From Abditibacteriaceae bacterium (lineage in GTDB: Bacteria > Armatimonadota > Abditibacteriia > Abditibacteriales > Abditibacteriaceae): DNA of 64,000 bases. The stretch spans positions 1,312,001-1,376,000 of the forward strand of contig OZ255721.1 in NCBI GenBank assembly GCA_965277285.1. The letters run 5' to 3'. Under the pieces are notes generated by a model that saw only the letters and a program-made list of their open reading frames with translations, was not told the origin of the DNA and searched no databases. A program made the translations under genes and the position numbers. Below, one piece after another: positions 62,880 through 64,000 of this stretch (its first letter is position 1; each line of letters opens with the position of its first letter).

Positions 62880-64000
62880 GGTTTTGAATAGAGTTTTCGG
62901 TAGAGTTTTGAAAGCGCTCGATACTGAACTCTTTTGGTGGCTCAACACCATGAAGGATGCAATCAGTCATCAATTTGGCGGTGATTGGCGCCAGCAAAAT
63001 GCCATTGCGATAGTGGCCGGTTGCAACGTAGTAGTCGCTTAACAACGTGCCACCCAAAAGGGGCAAGCCGTCAACTGTTTTGGGGCGCAAACCAGCCCAT
63101 TGATCTATAACAGCGCAATCATCCAGTTCGGGAACAATTCGCCGCGCTGCACTAAACAATGTCGTTAAACCCCGCGGTGTGACTTGTTTGCGAAGACCTG
63201 TATTCTCCATTGTCGCACCGATCAATAAACGTCCATCACGACGCGGTACCAAATAGACATCAGAACCATAAACGATACGACTTAATTTTTTGTCATTTTT
63301 AACAACAGCCATTTGTCCGCAAATTGGCTTGACACGCGCCTGCCCAAACCAAGGCTCGCGCAAATAACTCCACGCTCCCGCACAAAGCAGCGTTTTATCG
63401 AAAGAGACAAATCGTTTGCCGATTCCAGCTCCCGCAATCTTAAAGAAAAACGGCAATGAGCTCTTGCGAAAATCCACTCCACGTAACGCCTCTTGAGAGA
63501 GAAGCGGAACTTCGTTTTCAAAAAAAACAACTCCCTCTCTTGCTGCTGCTTGCCTCAATGCCTCTATTAACTTACGATTTTCAACCTGCCCTTCTTGTGG
63601 CAGCCACGCTGAAGGAAAATCTCTGAAGTCCGGCGTGCTTTCAACGCTCAAACCCTGCTCTTTTTGCTGCGCGAAATTAGCAAGCGCCGTATCATCATCG
63701 CGCGTTTGAACATACAAAATGCCTGGCGTGCGCCAATCGTTGCGCTTGTGACCTTTGATCGAAAGTTCGATGTCGACGCCCGTCGCGTCGAACAATTCAT
63801 CCGCGAAAGCGGCATACAGGGCGCGGCTTTGCAGGCACAAATCGAACATTGCCTGACGTTTCGAGTACTCGATGCTGCCGCTCTCGGCTGGCGGATAATG
63901 CGCAGCTTCGCATTGCGCGGCCAGCATTCCGGCAGCCGCCCAAGACGCTTCGCGCCCGACTTCGCCGCGCTCGAAAACTGCCACGCGCGCGCCACTTTGC
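62857..64000 (-). CDS. thiO: Glycine oxidase ThiO (5' end outside window)
   Basis: ASWAAAGML, YLVPRRDGR..IGAT, WAGLRP, GHYRNGILLAP.TA; upstream of thiS and thiG. Confidence 0.92.
   Translation of the reverse strand, partial: QSGARVAVFERGEVGREASWAAAGMLAAQCEAAHYPPAESGSIEYSKRQAMFDLCLQSRALYAAFADELFDATGVDIELSIKGHKRNDWRTPGILYVQTRDDDTALANFAQQKEQGLSVESTPDFRDFPSAWLPQEGQVENRKLIEALRQAAAREGVVFFENEVPLLSQEALRGVDFRKSSLPFFFKIAGAGIGKRFVSFDKTLLCAGAWSYLREPWFGQARVKPICGQMAVVKNDKKLSRIVYGSDVYLVPRRDGRLLIGATMENTGLRKQVTPRGLTTLFSAARRIVPELDDCAVIDQWAGLRPKTVDGLPLLGGTLLSDYYVATGHYRNGILLAPITAKLMTDCILHGVEPPKEFSIERFQNSTENSIQNHENHVER

Larger units (their letters stand above)
49..63872. repeat. Dispersed highly iterated 12-bp palindrome TCGAGTACTCGA (about 54 exact and 16 one-mismatch copies)
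   Basis: Exact copies start at 1939, 4419, 6813, 9049, 11384, 12239, 12826, 14149, 15433, 17034, 17773, 18703, 19672, 21462, 22721, 22787, 23766, 25165, 26759, 27406, 28204, 29079, 29744, 30662, 31734, 32135, 32502, 34332, 34498, 35166, 36087, 37210, 39725, 41363, 42020, 43430, 44196, 46541, 47173, 47941, 49536, 50662, 51840, 52606, 53094, 54702, 55436, 56414, 57537, 60578, 61515, 61836, 62741, 63861 (hand count). Confidence 0.98.

Noticed and set aside
49..63872. The 12-bp palindrome as a CRISPR repeat, MITE or cloning-linker artefact
   Set aside because: It is too short, and it is separated by hundreds of bases of ordinary genes rather than 30-40 bp spacers. There are no cas genes, shared flanks or target duplications. 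Copies keep reading frames intact and degrade in protein-compatible ways, which an artefact would not do.
61183..64000. TPP riboswitch for the thi operon
   Set aside because: The operon's 5' end lies beyond the window, and no aptamer was seen internally.

Overview
This is a 64-kb chromosomal window from a moderately GC-rich diderm bacterium. Gene content, including an SLH-like porin, rex-hem, ChdC and DUF1800/1501, tentatively suggests a Terrabacteria lineage such as Armatimonadota/Abditibacteriota (inference only). Genes: gluconokinase (partial); a Wsp-like chemosensory operon (cheR-TPR, tandem cheW, MCP, cheA-REC, cheB, REC-GGDEF) hit by two near-identical inverted IS5-family elements; comF; an NlpC/P60 hydrolase; chdC/hemQ-like; thrB; a rex-headed operon (polyprenyl synthase, ccmABCD, sirC, hemA, hemX/ccsA, hemC, cobA-hemD, MOSC, hemB); DUF1800/DUF1501; glycogen debranching enzyme; recX; an acyltransferase; ArsR plus P1B-ATPase; an ECF sigma module; an orphan single-strand-annealing-type protein; tRNA-Met; blaI/blaR1-like genes; mdh; twin tiny lipoproteins; an SLH-Wzi-like outer membrane protein; and thiO-thiS-thiG-thiE. 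The dominant unexplained signal is the 12-bp palindrome TCGAGTACTCGA, usually flanked by A/T. By hand I count about 54 exact and about 16 one-mismatch copies, roughly one per kb, against far fewer than one expected by chance. It occurs in coding sequence in all three frames (SSTR / xEYS / RVLD-E), in terminators and in repeat loops. Its spacing looks quasi-regular (~0.65-0.9 kb), and it is missing from the IS copies and the foreign-looking acyltransferase. It looks like a HIP1-like genome-wide motif system with a different sequence. At least five families of short inverted repeats are also present, several of which supply gene stop codons. Counts and coordinates were derived by eye.
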